64,000 bases of DNA, taken from the NCBI GenBank assembly GCA_963805625.1, contig CAWDVE010000021.1, forward strand, positions 32,001 through 96,000, read 5' to 3'. This document shows positions 48,995 through 57,714 of the stretch, one piece after another. Within the stretch, counting starts at the first letter, position 1. Every line of letters starts with the position of its first letter. Below the pieces are notes generated by a model that saw nothing but the letters and a program-made list of their open reading frames with translations, did no database searches and was not told the origin of the DNA. The DNA comes from an uncultured Candidatus Rokubacteria bacterium. GTDB taxonomy: Bacteria > Methylomirabilota > Methylomirabilia > Rokubacteriales > DASRDR01. The translations under genes were made by a program, and so were the position numbers.

Positions 48995-50521
48995 TCAGGC
49001 CGTGGCCCGGGACTGCGGGAGCCAGAGCGTGAAGCGGCTCCCCTCGCCCGGCCGGCTCTCGACGCTGACGCGGCCCCCGTGGGCCTCGGCGACATGCCGC
49101 ACCAGGGCGAGCCCCACGCCGCTCCCTCGCCGTCCCTGGGTCTCGCTCCGCCCGACGCGGTAGAACTTGTCGAAGATCCGGCCCTGCTCCTCGCGCGCGA
49201 TGCCGATTCCTTCGTCGCCGACCGTGAGGGCGAGCCCGCCGTCCCGGAGAGCCGCCTCCACGGTCAGGACCTTTCGCGCCTCGGAGTACTTGATCGCGTT
49301 GTCGATCAGGTTCGCGAGCGCCTGGCTCACAGCGTCGGCGTCCATCGGCACCTCGGGAAGGCCCGGCTGCACCGCCACGTCCATCTTGAATCCCTGCTGG
49401 GTGAGCACCCAGGCGAAGCTCTCGACCGTGTCCCGGACGAGCGGCTCCACGCTCACCGGCACCAGGTCGTAGGTGCGCCGGCCGCCCTCGATGCGCGAGA
49501 AGTCGAGCACGTTCTCGATCAGCCGGGACAGCCGCTCGCTCTCGTGGGCGATGACCCGGTAGTACTCCTGTCGCGTGGCTTCGTCGGTCACACGCCCCAT
49601 CTCGAGCGTCTCACCGAACACCCGGATCAGGGAGAGCGGGGTCTTGAGATCGTGCGACACGTTGGCGACGAACTCGGCCTTGAGCCGGGCCGTCTCGGTC
49701 TCCCGCCGGACCAGCCGGTATGTCGCGGCCAGCCCCGTGGCGATCACGACCAGCAGGAGCCCGAACGCGATCGTGAACAGCATCACCTGGCGGTCGACGG
49801 CCGCCCGCGGGGAGAGCCCTGCCGGTTGATAGAGCGCGAGCCGCCATGCCGGCAGCGCCTCGCTGAGCGGGACCTCGGCGACGACCTCGGGTTGCTCGGC
49901 GCCCGTCCGCCGGTAGACGGGCCGGTCGCGGTGATCGGTGACCGTGAGGAGCGGCGCTTCCGGCCCGCCGAGGGTGGGCTCGAGCACGTCGCGCCGGAGC
50001 ACCTCGGCATCCAGCACCAGGAGTGCGAGGAAGGCCGGCCGACCGCCGCCCCCGACCAGACAGCCCACGACCAGCTCGTCGTCGACGACCCGGTGCGCCT
50101 TGCCCCCCTGCACCCAAACGACTCGCGCGAGGTCGCCGAGCGGCCCCGTGAGCTCGAGCCCCGGCGCGCCGGCAGATGGATAGACCATCCGGCTGGTGGC
50201 GTCGAACAGGGCGAGCCGCGCGATGAGCGGTGTGTCCTTGATCAGAGCGTCGATGGTGTCACCGACGACGGCACCGCTCCGGGTCGCGGCCTCGAGGCGC
50301 CCCATGATCCCGTACTCCGCATGCCGGAGGGCGAGGTCGACCTTGTCCGCGACCATCACGGCCATGCTCCGCGATTGCTCCCGGAATAGGGCATCCGCCG
50401 ACCGGTGCCACTGACGCAGCGAGTGGTAGCCCAGAACGGCCAGGATCACCGCGGGAACGACGACGGCGAGGAGGGCGAAGGCAGCGAAGCGGACGAGGGG
50501 CGACCCGCGAGCGCCCGTCAT
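48995..50521 (-). CDS. Membrane sensor histidine kinase
   Basis: Two TM helices; SHDLKTPL, NLIDNAIKY, DEGIG, GSGVGL. Confidence 0.95.
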   Translation of the reverse strand: MTGARGSPLVRFAAFALLAVVVPAVILAVLGYHSLRQWHRSADALFREQSRSMAVMVADKVDLALRHAEYGIMGRLEAATRSGAVVGDTIDALIKDTPLIARLALFDATSRMVYPSAGAPGLELTGPLGDLARVVWVQGGKAHRVVDDELVVGCLVGGGGRPAFLALLVLDAEVLRRDVLEPTLGGPEAPLLTVTDHRDRPVYRRTGAEQPEVVAEVPLSEALPAWRLALYQPAGLSPRAAVDRQVMLFTIAFGLLLVVIATGLAATYRLVRRETETARLKAEFVANVSHDLKTPLSLIRVFGETLEMGRVTDEATRQEYYRVIAHESERLSRLIENVLDFSRIEGGRRTYDLVPVSVEPLVRDTVESFAWVLTQQGFKMDVAVQPGLPEVPMDADAVSQALANLIDNAIKYSEARKVLTVEAALRDGGLALTVGDEGIGIAREEQGRIFDKFYRVGRSETQGRRGSGVGLALVRHVAEAHGGRVSVESRPGEGSRFTLWLPQSRATA

Positions 50522-51072
50522 CCGCGCTCGTCCAGGAGTCGGCGGATCATCGCCTCCGTCTCCGCGTAGGCACCCTCCCCGATGTGGGTGTAGCGGATCA
50601 CGCCCCTGCGGTCCACGAGAACGGCAGTGGGCCACGCCCAGGTGCTGAAGCGCTTCCAGATCGCGAAGTCATTGTCCTGCACGACGGGATAGCGGATGTC
50701 GAGCTCACGCACGGCAGCCGCGACGCGGTCGTGCGGCTTCTCCCAGAGGAACTCCGGTGAGTGGACGCCGACGATCGTGAGGCCCGCCCCCGCGTACCGC
50801 TCGTGCCAGGCGCGCAGCTGAGGGAGGACGTTCCGGCAATTGGTGCAGCCATGAGTCCAGAACTCAACGAACACGACGCGGCCCCTGAGGCCCGCCAGCG
50901 AGAGCGGCTCGCTGTTGAGCCACGGGCGGCCCGTGATCTCCGGCGCGGGCTGACCCACCCGCGCCCCCCGCTGCGCCTCCGTCGCCGGCGCCCAGAGCGC
51001 CGCGATCGCCACGACCGCGGCCAGCGTCACGACCGCGAGGGTTCCCCTCGCCGCGCCCCGTCCCTGTCGCAT
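50518..51072 (-). CDS. Secreted redoxin (DipZ-type thioredoxin domain, CTNC)
   Basis: WLNSEPL, FWTHGCTNC, GVHSPEF, HIGEGAY. Confidence 0.9.
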   Translation of the reverse strand: MRQGRGAARGTLAVVTLAAVVAIAALWAPATEAQRGARVGQPAPEITGRPWLNSEPLSLAGLRGRVVFVEFWTHGCTNCRNVLPQLRAWHERYAGAGLTIVGVHSPEFLWEKPHDRVAAAVRELDIRYPVVQDNDFAIWKRFSTWAWPTAVLVDRRGVIRYTHIGEGAYAETEAMIRRLLDERG

Positions 51073-51228
51073 GGCCGGCACCTCCGGGGCGCGAGTCTAC
51101 CCGGACGCTACCGGCCCGGTGTCACAGAGGTGTGAAATCCGGCCCGCGCCGGCCGGTCATCTGGCTGGAGGAGGGCGCCAAGCAGGCGGCAGGACCCAGC
51201 GGCGGTCCTCCGGCGACCCGAGATCGGG

Positions 51229-52857
51229 CTAGAGCTCCCACGGCGGCTCGATGGCGAGCGGCACCTCGATGAGCGCGGGGCCGGTGTGTGCGAGCGCCTT
51301 GTCGAGGGCCGTCCGGAACGTCTCGGGGTCGAGCGAACGGTACGCTTCCAGCCCGAACGCCCGCGCCAACGCGAGGATGTCCGGACCGGCGAGGGCGTGC
51401 TCGCCCGTCCGGCCGTAGAGCTGCGTCTGGAGATACCGGATTGCCCCGTAGTCCTGGTCGTTCATCACGACATAGACGATGGGGAGACGGTACTTCGCGG
51501 CCGTGGCCAGCTCCGCCACCGTGAACAGGAGGCCGCCGTCGCCGACGACGGCGACAACCGCGCGGTCCGGGTGGGCGACCTTCGCCCCGATCGCCGCCGG
51601 GACGCCGTAACCGAGCGTCGCCGAGCCGATCGGGTAGAGGAACGTCCGGGGCGCCAGGATCGGAAGGTGCCACTCCATCCAGTAGTTGAGGCCGGTCTGG
51701 TCGCCGACCACGATCCCGTCCGCGGGCAGCGCCTCGCGGAGCGTCCGGAGCAGGCGGTCCACCGTCGAGGTGTAGCGGGGGCTCCGCGCGTCCCGCGCCT
51801 GGCGAAGCGCCGCCCAGTCCCACTCGGCCGCCGGCGCCCCGGGCGGCATCGCCGCGAGGATCCCCGCGACACCATCCCGGGCGTCGCCGATGATCCCGAG
51901 CGCCGGCACGTGCATGCGGCCGATCGTGCGCGGGTCGAGATCGATCTGGATCAGCGCCTGGTCCGGGCGGAACTCGAGATTGAGGAGCAGACCCTTGGTC
52001 GAGCGGTGAGAGAAACGGCAGCCCACGGAGAGAATCACGTCCGCCGCTTCCAGGGCGTCCTTGGTGGCGCGCCGGTTCGGCAGGACGCCGAGCCAGAGTG
52101 GATCGGTCTCGGAGATCGTGCCGCGTCCCATCACGGACGTGATCACCGGCGCCCGGAGCCGGCGCGCGAGGGCCTGGAACTCCCCTGTCGCCTCGGCCGC
52201 GATCACCCCGCCGCCTGCGACGAGGAGCGGCCGCCGAGCCCGGGCGAGGTAGCGGGCTGCCTCCTCCACCAGCCCGATGTCGCACGGTGGGCGCCGACCC
52301 TCGCCGGCGGGGGTGAGCCGCGCCGAGACGGGCGCGTTGAGCAGATCGGTGGGGATCGACAGCGTGACCGGGCCGGGCCGGCCGGTCCGGAAGAGGTGGA
52401 ACGCGCCCTGGACCGCACCGGGGATCTCCGTGCCGCTCCGGAGGGCGTCGGCCCACCGGCTGACCGGGCGGAAACACTCGATCTGGTTCGGCACCTCGTG
52501 AAGCGCGCCCATGTCCTGCCCGACCAGCGCGCTGGGAACGTCTGACATGAGGAGAAGCACGGGCTGCGAGCCCGCGTGGGCCTCGACGAGCGGTGTCAGC
52601 GCGTTGGTCGCGCCTGGCCCGGTCGTCACCACGACGACCCCGGGTCGCCCCGACGCACGGGCGTAGCCGTCCGCCATGAACCCCGCGCCCTGCTCGTGCC
52701 GCGCGAGGATGTGGGCGATCCGGTCCTGGCGGAGGAGGGCGTCGTAGATCGCGAGGTTGTGGACGCCCGGGATACCGAAGACGTGGCGCACACCTTCGGC
52801 GCCGAGCGCGGCCACGACCCACTCCCCGCCAGTGCGCGTCGCGGCGTCCGCGCTCAC
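51229..52857 (-). CDS. Thiamine-diphosphate-dependent enzyme (acetolactate synthase-like)
   Basis: FGIPGVH, RHEQGAGFMADGYAR, TGPG, GDGG..N ThDP motif. Confidence 0.93.
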   Translation of the reverse strand: MSADAATRTGGEWVVAALGAEGVRHVFGIPGVHNLAIYDALLRQDRIAHILARHEQGAGFMADGYARASGRPGVVVVTTGPGATNALTPLVEAHAGSQPVLLLMSDVPSALVGQDMGALHEVPNQIECFRPVSRWADALRSGTEIPGAVQGAFHLFRTGRPGPVTLSIPTDLLNAPVSARLTPAGEGRRPPCDIGLVEEAARYLARARRPLLVAGGGVIAAEATGEFQALARRLRAPVITSVMGRGTISETDPLWLGVLPNRRATKDALEAADVILSVGCRFSHRSTKGLLLNLEFRPDQALIQIDLDPRTIGRMHVPALGIIGDARDGVAGILAAMPPGAPAAEWDWAALRQARDARSPRYTSTVDRLLRTLREALPADGIVVGDQTGLNYWMEWHLPILAPRTFLYPIGSATLGYGVPAAIGAKVAHPDRAVVAVVGDGGLLFTVAELATAAKYRLPIVYVVMNDQDYGAIRYLQTQLYGRTGEHALAGPDILALARAFGLEAYRSLDPETFRTALDKALAHTGPALIEVPLAIEPPWEL

Positions 52858-53116
52858 CGGGCTATGCTCGCTGCTCGCGGGGACCGATCGGGCGGGCCGG
52901 CGGGCCCATGGTGTCTCGCAGCGTACCGGGGGGCCTCCCCGACCGTCAAGGCGCGGCCGTCCGTCGGGGCGCCGGCCCTGAGCAAGTCGAACGCGTCCAG
53001 CGTCATTCCGAGCGGACGGTCCTTACCGATGACGATCCGGGCCGCCCGAGGGGGATGGACGTCGCGCGCCGCGGCGTCCCCACGATACCACTCGTGGGGC
53101 GCCGCGCCGGGCACGC

Positions 53117-53416
53117 TCAGGCGAGATCCCGATCAAGGCGGAGGAGGACCTCCAGGAGAACCTTACGGCGGTCGCGAGGTGCGTCGAGTGTCCCCGCCCG
53201 CCGCCCGATCTGGTTACCGGCGGCGTCGACCGCAGGACCGAGGCCGGCCTCGACCATCCGGCCCGCCAGCCACTGGCGCGCCGACCGATCCTCGTCGGAG
53301 AAGGCGCGACGCGTGTACGGACGGTCGGGGCGCGTGAAGGTCTCGAGCGCGCGGAGATCACCGGCGAGCCGCTCGGCCGACGGCTGAGGCAGCCCGGCCG
53401 AGAGGGCGTCACTCAC
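53117..53416 (-). pseudogene. Internally deleted M20 Zn-dependent hydrolase (allantoate amidohydrolase/carbamoylase-like)
   Basis: YTRRAFSDED..DAAGNQIGRRAG N-terminus fused to a C-terminal-like helix VLLEVLLRLD; catalytic core (GSHxD) missing. Confidence 0.7.
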
Positions 53417-53450
53417 GGGCCGTCCGCTGGCGGCCAGCAGCACGCGGTCC

Positions 53451-54338
53451 TCACGTGGGCAGGACGGCCGACGCGAGCGCGCCCGCAATCCCCGCCAGCG
53501 CTCGGCCCGCTGGCGTCTCCCCGTGGTCGAGGACGAAGGGCCGCCCGCGGTCGGCGGCCGCGGCGAGCCGCGGGTCGAACGGGACTCGCCCGAGGAAGGG
53601 CAGGCCGTGCTGGGCGGCCGTCGCCTCTCCGCCCGGGCCCTCGAAGAGCGGGCCAACGGTGCCGCACGTCGGGCACACGTAGCCGGCCATGTTCTCGACC
53701 AGCCCGAGGAGCCGCGCCCCGCGCTCGCGGGCGAGAGTCATGGCGCGGCGCACGACCAGGTGGGAGACGCCGGAGGGAATCGTGACCACGACCGCGCCGG
53801 TCAGCCCGGGCAGGAGGTCGAGGAGCGTCGGCAACCGATCGGCGCCCGGCGGGAGGTCGATGAGGAGAACGTCGAGCGTGCCCCAGGCGGTGTCGGCCAG
53901 GAACTCACGGAGGGCCGTGCCCTCCATGGTCCCACGCCAGGTGTGGGCCTCGGCCTGGGTGGGAGCGTCCCACTCGACGGGCGCGTCGTCGCCGGGCAGG
54001 AGCAGATCCATCGACAGGACGCGGATCCCCTCGGCGGAGACGGCCGGCTGCACGCCATCCCGCTCGACCCGGAGCGTCTGACCGCGCACGCCCAGCATCT
54101 TGCCGATGGACGGGCCGTTGAGGTCCGCGTCGAGGACGCCCACCCGGAGCCCGCGCCCCACGAGCGCCCCCGCGAGGTTCGCGGTGACCGAGCTCTTGCC
54201 GACGCCGCCCTTGCCGGAGACCACTGCCACACTGGCGCGGATCGGGGCCATCCGGGCGGCGAGCCGTGCCTGCTGCGCGACGACCTGCTCGCGGATGTTC
54301 GAGCCGCCGTCGCCGGCGATGTCGCGATAGCCCTTCAC
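53451..54338 (-). CDS. mrp: Mrp/NBP35/ApbC family Fe-S carrier ATPase
   Basis: SGKGGVGKS, DADLNGPS, IDLPPG, VENM, CPTC, VPFDP. Confidence 0.92.
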   Translation of the reverse strand: MKGYRDIAGDGGSNIREQVVAQQARLAARMAPIRASVAVVSGKGGVGKSSVTANLAGALVGRGLRVGVLDADLNGPSIGKMLGVRGQTLRVERDGVQPAVSAEGIRVLSMDLLLPGDDAPVEWDAPTQAEAHTWRGTMEGTALREFLADTAWGTLDVLLIDLPPGADRLPTLLDLLPGLTGAVVVTIPSGVSHLVVRRAMTLARERGARLLGLVENMAGYVCPTCGTVGPLFEGPGGEATAAQHGLPFLGRVPFDPRLAAAADRGRPFVLDHGETPAGRALAGIAGALASAVLPT

Positions 54339-55351
54339 ACCCCGCTCCCCTCGTCGCTCGTGTCGAGCGGAGCCGCGGCGGGGTCCCGGAGGTGCGCCCG
54401 GAACCGGCACATGAGGTCCTCGCCGAGGAAATCCCCGGACTGGCCGTGACGCTCCGTCTCGAAGTAGTGCCGGATGCGATCCAGGCGCTCCTGCGCCTCG
54501 GGGTTCAGGCTCACCGTGCGGATCTCGGCCTTCGCCGCGTCGAAGGCATCGAACGTGAGTTCGGTGAAGCCGAGCTCGCGGATGCGCTTGACCGCCTTCA
54601 TCATCGCCTGGTTGCGGAACCGGGTGAGGAGCGGCGAGGTGATCTCGGCCACACCCATCCGCCGCGCGCGCCGCTCGGCCGCCTTCCGGATGCCCTCACG
54701 GACGAACTCCGGCGCCGTCTGGAGCCGCGCCCAGGCCTCGGGCGTCCAGCGCACGGGCGTCTCCGGTGCCGCCTGCCAGAGCCGCTCGACGACCTCCACG
54801 GTGACCCGGTCGAGGCCCGCGCGCCGTGCTTCGATCTCGACGTCCCGCTGGAAGAGGCGCAGCACGAAGTCCGCCATCATGGCCGGGGCCTTCCCGAGAC
54901 GCGCGACGAGCCGGGCCTCCGCCTCCGGCGTCCAGAGGAGCGGCACCGCTGCCGTTTCGGTCTCGGCCTCCGCCTCGGCTTCCCGGATCAAGGCCGGCGT
55001 TACCGCGACCGCGCCGTGCTCGGCCGCCAGCTCCTCGCAGATCCGACGCGTCATCGGCCGCATGAACGGCGGGACGGCGTCGAGCAGCGCCAGCGCCTCG
55101 GGGGTCCACGGCGCGGCCGACTGCGGAACCTGGTAGGCGCCGCTCGCGGCCAGACCCATCATCTCGCCCTTGTAGCGGGTCATGAGCTCGGGTGTGATCA
55201 CGCGGACGCCCTCGGCGCGCGCCCGCTTCTCGGCCAGCCGCCGGACCATGCCGCGGAGGAACACCGGAGCGCGCGCGACCCGCGCCTCGGCCTCCGGCGT
55301 CCAGCGCACCTCGCCGGGTTGGGGGTCCGGCGGCGATCCGGCCGCGCTCAC
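54335..55351 (-). CDS. Protein with four tandem PCP_red (BchB/ChlB C-terminal-like) modules
   Basis: Four WTPEA...P.F.R...E..A...G...IT repeats followed by a helical C-terminal domain. Confidence 0.8.
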   Translation of the reverse strand: MSAAGSPPDPQPGEVRWTPEAEARVARAPVFLRGMVRRLAEKRARAEGVRVITPELMTRYKGEMMGLAASGAYQVPQSAAPWTPEALALLDAVPPFMRPMTRRICEELAAEHGAVAVTPALIREAEAEAETETAAVPLLWTPEAEARLVARLGKAPAMMADFVLRLFQRDVEIEARRAGLDRVTVEVVERLWQAAPETPVRWTPEAWARLQTAPEFVREGIRKAAERRARRMGVAEITSPLLTRFRNQAMMKAVKRIRELGFTELTFDAFDAAKAEIRTVSLNPEAQERLDRIRHYFETERHGQSGDFLGEDLMCRFRAHLRDPAAAPLDTSDEGSGV

Positions 55352-55773
55352 GGCTCGCGGCTCCACGCCGCCCGCGCGAGCATCACGGCCGTGACGACCG
55401 TGAGGAGGCAGAAGGCCCAGGCGCCGGCCCGCAGGGACACGTCGAGCCCGAGGACGGAGACGGTCTCGGCGCGGGGCATCCGGGCGATCCGCGCCACCTC
55501 GATCGCGCGGAGCGCGACGAGAAGCGTCAGGACGCGCGCGAAGTCCCGCCGCGAGAGCACCCAGCGGTCGAACCACGCGCGCTCCTTGACGAGGAGCCAG
55601 GGGAAGACGACGACGAACAGGGCGCCCACGACGAACCAGGCCGTGCCCCCACGCTCCATGCCCCGCGGGCCGAGTCCACCGCTGGCCAGGACGAGCCCCC
55701 CGAGCCAGTAGACGACGCCGTAGGCGACGTAGGTCCAGGCAGCCTGACGGTATCGCGCCTCCCGGGTGTCCAT
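55348..55773 (-). CDS. Hypothetical 4-TM membrane protein
   Basis: Four hydrophobic segments; GTGA overlap with the next gene. Confidence 0.75.
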   Translation of the reverse strand: MDTREARYRQAAWTYVAYGVVYWLGGLVLASGGLGPRGMERGGTAWFVVGALFVVVFPWLLVKERAWFDRWVLSRRDFARVLTLLVALRAIEVARIARMPRAETVSVLGLDVSLRAGAWAFCLLTVVTAVMLARAAWSREP

Positions 55774-55780
55774 CGCCGGC

Positions 55781-57163
55781 TCACCCGTCCCCGGCCACGG
55801 GAGGCCGGCCGGAGGCCGGCGTGAACGGTCGCCCCGGCGAGATGCCCCAGCGGCTCCGCACCTCGGCGAGGAGCGCCGGCGTCACCGTCGCCTGCCCCTG
55901 GCCGCGCGCGTAGGCCTCGACCGCCTGGACCACCATCGCCCGGGCGAACCCGGGGATGGCGTCGAGCCGGGCGCGGGCCGCCGGCTCCCACCCGAGCGCG
56001 AAGCGCACCTCGAGCCCGAACGTCTGCTCGACCCCGAGCCGGATCAGCTCGCCGCCGTGGGCACCCGGCTGGTAGCCGCAGGCCGGGTCCTCGGCGAGGT
56101 AGTCGCCGTAGGTCGCGTAGGCGCGGCAGCGGCAGCCGCCGCAGATCTCGCGGAACTCGCAGGCGCCGCACCGGCCGCCGAGCGGGCCCGTGCGAAGATC
56201 CGTGAAGACCCGGGACCGCTCCCACAGCTCGGCGAAGCCAGTCTCGCGGAGGTTCCCCGCCGCCACCGGCATGTAGGGACACGGCGTCACGTCACCCGTC
56301 GGCGTGATGCGGCAGTAGTACTTGCCGGCGGGACAGGAGCCGTGGGCGTAGTTGGCGAGGAGCGGGGAGCGGGGGTCCAGCTCGTAGAGTACCCGCCGGA
56401 AGTGCGGCGCGCACTTGGCCCGGATCAGGAGGCCGCCGGCCCGGCCGATGGGCACGCTCCACGGATCCTCGCGCCGCTCGAGGACGGAACCCGGCGCGGC
56501 CCCGTCGGGCGCGCCGCCCGCCCCCTGGGCGCGCGCCAGGTACGTGAGGATCTCCTCGTACTGCGCCGGCGTGATGTCGGTGAGGCCCTCGCCCCGGCCC
56601 GTCCGCACCAGGAAGAAGAAGTTGAGCACGCGTGCCCCGAGCTCCCGCGAGAGGTCGATCATCGCGGGGATCTCCCCGACGTTCCAGTCGGTGACGCTCA
56701 TGTGAAGCGAGAAATCGATCCCCTCCGCCCGGAGCGCCTCCGTCGCCCGGACGGCGGCGCGCCAGGCCCCGGGCAGGTGCCGGAACTCGTCGTGGCGCCC
56801 CGGATCGGTCGAGTCGAGGGAGAGCGAGGCGCCCTGGACCCCGTGCGTCTTCATGAGGCGCGCTTGCTTCTGCCGGAGGAGGACCCCGTTGGTCCCGAGC
56901 ACGACCGTGAAGCCGTGCTCGCGCCCCTCGGCGGCGAGCTCGAAGATGTCCGGGCGGAGGAGCGGCTCTCCGCCCGTTAGGATGAGGAACGTTCCGGGAT
57001 TCACCCGGGCGATGTCGGCCATCACCCGCCGGCACTCGTCCGTCGAGAGCTCGCCCGCCGCGGAGGCGCCCGGCGCCGCGCTGATGTAGCAGTGGGCGCA
57101 GAAGAGGTTGCAGCGCTGGGTGAGGTTCCACGAAACCGCGTACGCCTTGTAGGTCATCGCCAT
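55781..57163 (-). CDS. Radical SAM/SPASM enzyme (NirJ/AhbC-D-like) with C-terminal PCP_red module
   Basis: WNLTQRCNLFCAHCY, TGGEPLLR; SPASM CPAG..GDVTPC..CGAC..CGGCRC..EDPAC; tail WEPAARARLDAIPGFAR. Confidence 0.88.
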   Translation of the reverse strand: MAMTYKAYAVSWNLTQRCNLFCAHCYISAAPGASAAGELSTDECRRVMADIARVNPGTFLILTGGEPLLRPDIFELAAEGREHGFTVVLGTNGVLLRQKQARLMKTHGVQGASLSLDSTDPGRHDEFRHLPGAWRAAVRATEALRAEGIDFSLHMSVTDWNVGEIPAMIDLSRELGARVLNFFFLVRTGRGEGLTDITPAQYEEILTYLARAQGAGGAPDGAAPGSVLERREDPWSVPIGRAGGLLIRAKCAPHFRRVLYELDPRSPLLANYAHGSCPAGKYYCRITPTGDVTPCPYMPVAAGNLRETGFAELWERSRVFTDLRTGPLGGRCGACEFREICGGCRCRAYATYGDYLAEDPACGYQPGAHGGELIRLGVEQTFGLEVRFALGWEPAARARLDAIPGFARAMVVQAVEAYARGQGQATVTPALLAEVRSRWGISPGRPFTPASGRPPVAGDG

Positions 57164-57196
57164 AGCCGAGCTCACTCTACAACCCGTCTTGCAGGA

Positions 57197-57625
57197 TCAG
57201 TGGCGCGATGCCGCCGGTCTCCACCACGGCTGGAAGGTCGCCTCGAATTCAGCGCTCGCCCATTCAAGGCCGTCCACCCGCACAATGTACACGCCGCGCT
57301 TGAAGGCGAGCAGAGGCTCCCGTTCACCCTGAACGGTATTGACTCGGTCGCCTCGCAGGTAGACCCATAGCCGTGAGCTCCATGGCGCGAGTAGGTGGGG
57401 CTCGGCGTAGTCAAGGATGGTCCCCTCTTCGCCCCATGCTCGAACCCGTAGTGGTGGGCCCAGGGTCTCGAGGACTTCTTCGGATGTCATACCGGGACGG
57501 ACAGATCGGATGGAGGCGGCGCTGACGCCCGGTGCGACCCGCCAGTACGGTCCGACGACGCTCACCGTGAGCCCGCCTGCCACCAGGAGCGCCGTCGTCA
57601 TCGGTCGCCATCCCGCGAGGCTCAT
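57197..57625 (-). CDS. SmpA/OmlA (BamE)-like domain membrane protein
   Basis: TM helix then IRSVRPGMTSEEVLETLGPP. Confidence 0.55.
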   Translation of the reverse strand: MSLAGWRPMTTALLVAGGLTVSVVGPYWRVAPGVSAASIRSVRPGMTSEEVLETLGPPLRVRAWGEEGTILDYAEPHLLAPWSSRLWVYLRGDRVNTVQGEREPLLAFKRGVYIVRVDGLEWASAEFEATFQPWWRPAASRH

Positions 57626-57714
57626 CGGGACCAAGCCTCCCGCCAGTCTGTGAGGCCTGGGCCTCTCCCTCGCGTCCAGGCTGTTGAGCGGCTGCCCACA
57701 ACTCTCCGAAAACG

